64,000 nt of DNA, taken from NCBI GenBank assembly GCA_947259705.1, contig CAMYNL010000013.1, forward strand, positions 75,073 to 139,072. The letters are read 5' to 3'. The notes beneath the pieces were generated by a model, which was not told where the DNA came from, did no database searches, and worked only from the letters and a program-made list of their open reading frames with translations. Positions 63,049 to 64,000 of this stretch are shown piece by piece. A program made the position numbers and the translations under genes. Origin of the DNA: an uncultured Gammaproteobacteria bacterium (lineage in GTDB: Bacteria > Pseudomonadota > Gammaproteobacteria > Arenicellales > JAANXG01). Within the stretch, counting starts at the first letter, position 1. Each line of letters opens with the position of its first letter.

Positions 63049-64000
63049 ATGCCCGTGGAGAACCCACAGCACAGGGCTACGGCAGCCGCGGGACGCCCCG
63101 GGGTCGTCCCGTCGCAGGGTCTGGTTGAACTCATCCACGCCGGCGCGATACGCGCGGCCGAGCCCATCCGGGAAGATCAGATTCAACCGGCCAGCATCGA
63201 CCTGCGCCTGGGAGCGAAGGCGTTCCGGGTGAGAGCAAGCTTTCTGCCGGGCCGGGAACGCACCGTCATGCAGCGGGTGGAAGGTCTGACCATGCACGAG
63301 TTCGAGATGGGTGACGGTGCGGTGCTGGAAAAGGGCTGCGTGTATATTGTTCCCCTGCTCGAGGACCTCAGGCTGGGCCAGGAGTACGCGGCGGTAGGTA
63401 ACCCGAAGAGTTCCACCGGACGGCTCGACGTGTTCACGCGACTGATCACCGACTTCGGAGTCGAGTTCGACCAGGTGCCGGCAGGTTACCACGGGCCGCT
63501 GTATGCGGAGATCGCGCCGCGCACGTTCAGTGTCCTGGTGCGCAAGGGATCGAGTCTCAACCAGCTGCGGCTGCGCAACGGAGAGCCACTGCGCTCCGAT
63601 GACCATCACAAGCATTTGCAGCGCCAGCACCGACTGGTGGATGCGGCGCTGGCGGAGCGCGATATCAAGAACGGTGTGCCGATCACGGTGGACGTGCGTG
63701 GTGACCCCGAGACCGGTCTCATCGGTTACCGCGCCAAGGCCCATGCCGGCCTGATCGATATCGACCGTAAACAACACTACGAGATCGCGGATTTCTGGGA
63801 GCCGGTGCACAGCGACAACGGCTCGGGCCTGATCCTTGACCCCGGCGAGTTCTACATCCTGGCGTCCAAGGAGGCGGTTCGCGTGCCACTGGACTACGCG
63901 GCCGAAATGGTCGCCTACGACACGCTGGTGGGGGAGTTTCGGGTCCACTACGCCGGGTTCTTCGACCCCGGCTTCGGCGCGCCCGAGGCCGATGGTCAGG
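63049..64000 (+). CDS. dcd: 2'-deoxycytidine 5'-triphosphate deaminase (long DCD-family type), 3'-partial at window end
   Basis: Open frame from ATG 63049 to the window end; it is absent from the ORF track because it has no stop. IQPASIDLRLGAKAFRVRASFLPG, GNPKSSTGRLDVFTRLI and EFRVHYAGFFDPGFG match the dUTPase-fold DCD family. Confidence 0.85.
   Translation, partial: MPVENPQHRATAAAGRPGVVPSQGLVELIHAGAIRAAEPIREDQIQPASIDLRLGAKAFRVRASFLPGRERTVMQRVEGLTMHEFEMGDGAVLEKGCVYIVPLLEDLRLGQEYAAVGNPKSSTGRLDVFTRLITDFGVEFDQVPAGYHGPLYAEIAPRTFSVLVRKGSSLNQLRLRNGEPLRSDDHHKHLQRQHRLVDAALAERDIKNGVPITVDVRGDPETGLIGYRAKAHAGLIDIDRKQHYEIADFWEPVHSDNGSGLILDPGEFYILASKEAVRVPLDYAAEMVAYDTLVGEFRVHYAGFFDPGFGAPEADGQ

Noticed and set aside
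56628-63948. Other long antisense ORFs (56628-57836 +, 58718-59467 -, 60961-61887 -, 62980-63948 -)
   Set aside because: Each lies opposite a confidently identified gene (ATP-grasp, Lhr remnant, nrdJa, the dcd-like gene) and shows the biased composition of high-GC antisense frames.
1-64000. CRISPR arrays, rRNA or tRNA genes, retron- or TA-like small gene pairs
   Set aside because: Reading through all intergenic gaps, I saw no regularly spaced direct repeats, no rRNA- or tRNA-like conserved segments and no obvious small toxin-antitoxin pairs. A formal scan (tRNAscan-SE, Infernal/Rfam, a CRISPR finder) is still advisable.

Overview
High-GC chromosomal segment, roughly 63-67% GC by eye over most of the window. 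It is proteobacterial and probably gammaproteobacterial, judging from ydbH-ynbE-ydbL, split nrdJa/nrdJb, DUF1820 and Zur. I call about 70 genes and saw no rRNA, tRNA or CRISPR array. Long antisense ORFs in the track are GC artefacts. The left ~7.9 kb is a visibly lower-GC cassette (about 45-55% in lines I counted). It carries a GntR regulator, a DctPQM TRAP transporter, malonyl-CoA decarboxylase and a class III CoA-transferase with an in-frame TAG. Dead mobile elements flank it: an IS200 tnpA wreck, an integrase stub and an IS3 orfA stub. It abuts the wreck of a high-GC resident dctM gene plus an intact second malonyl-CoA decarboxylase. The rest is mostly housekeeping: serA, mazG, panE, hisG, cobB, zur, csp, yidD, nrdJab, a dcd-like gene, and the AsmA-like ydbH-ynbE-ydbL lipid-bridge operon. 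Four modules deserve a second look. (1) A tightly coupled CYTH-like/CHAD - ParA-type ATPase - CYTH operon (46.6-49.4 kb), a candidate polyphosphate-granule handling or positioning module. (2) A convergent Anbu peptide-ligase/protease assembly (50.4-57.8 kb) with a giant transglutaminase-DUF2126, Anbu, a Zn-peptidase, a frameshifted alpha-E gene and a circularly permuted ATP-grasp. (3) A translationally coupled pair of dynamin-like GTPases with an unusual DxPDxDS switch motif (11.3-14.6 kb). (4) An orphan MipZ-like ATPase (26.7-27.5 kb). The window also carries many gene remnants: Lhr C-terminus, ureohydrolase, PNPOx, dctM, the CoA-transferase and alpha-E. All calls come from reading the translations and sequence by eye; no database search was run.
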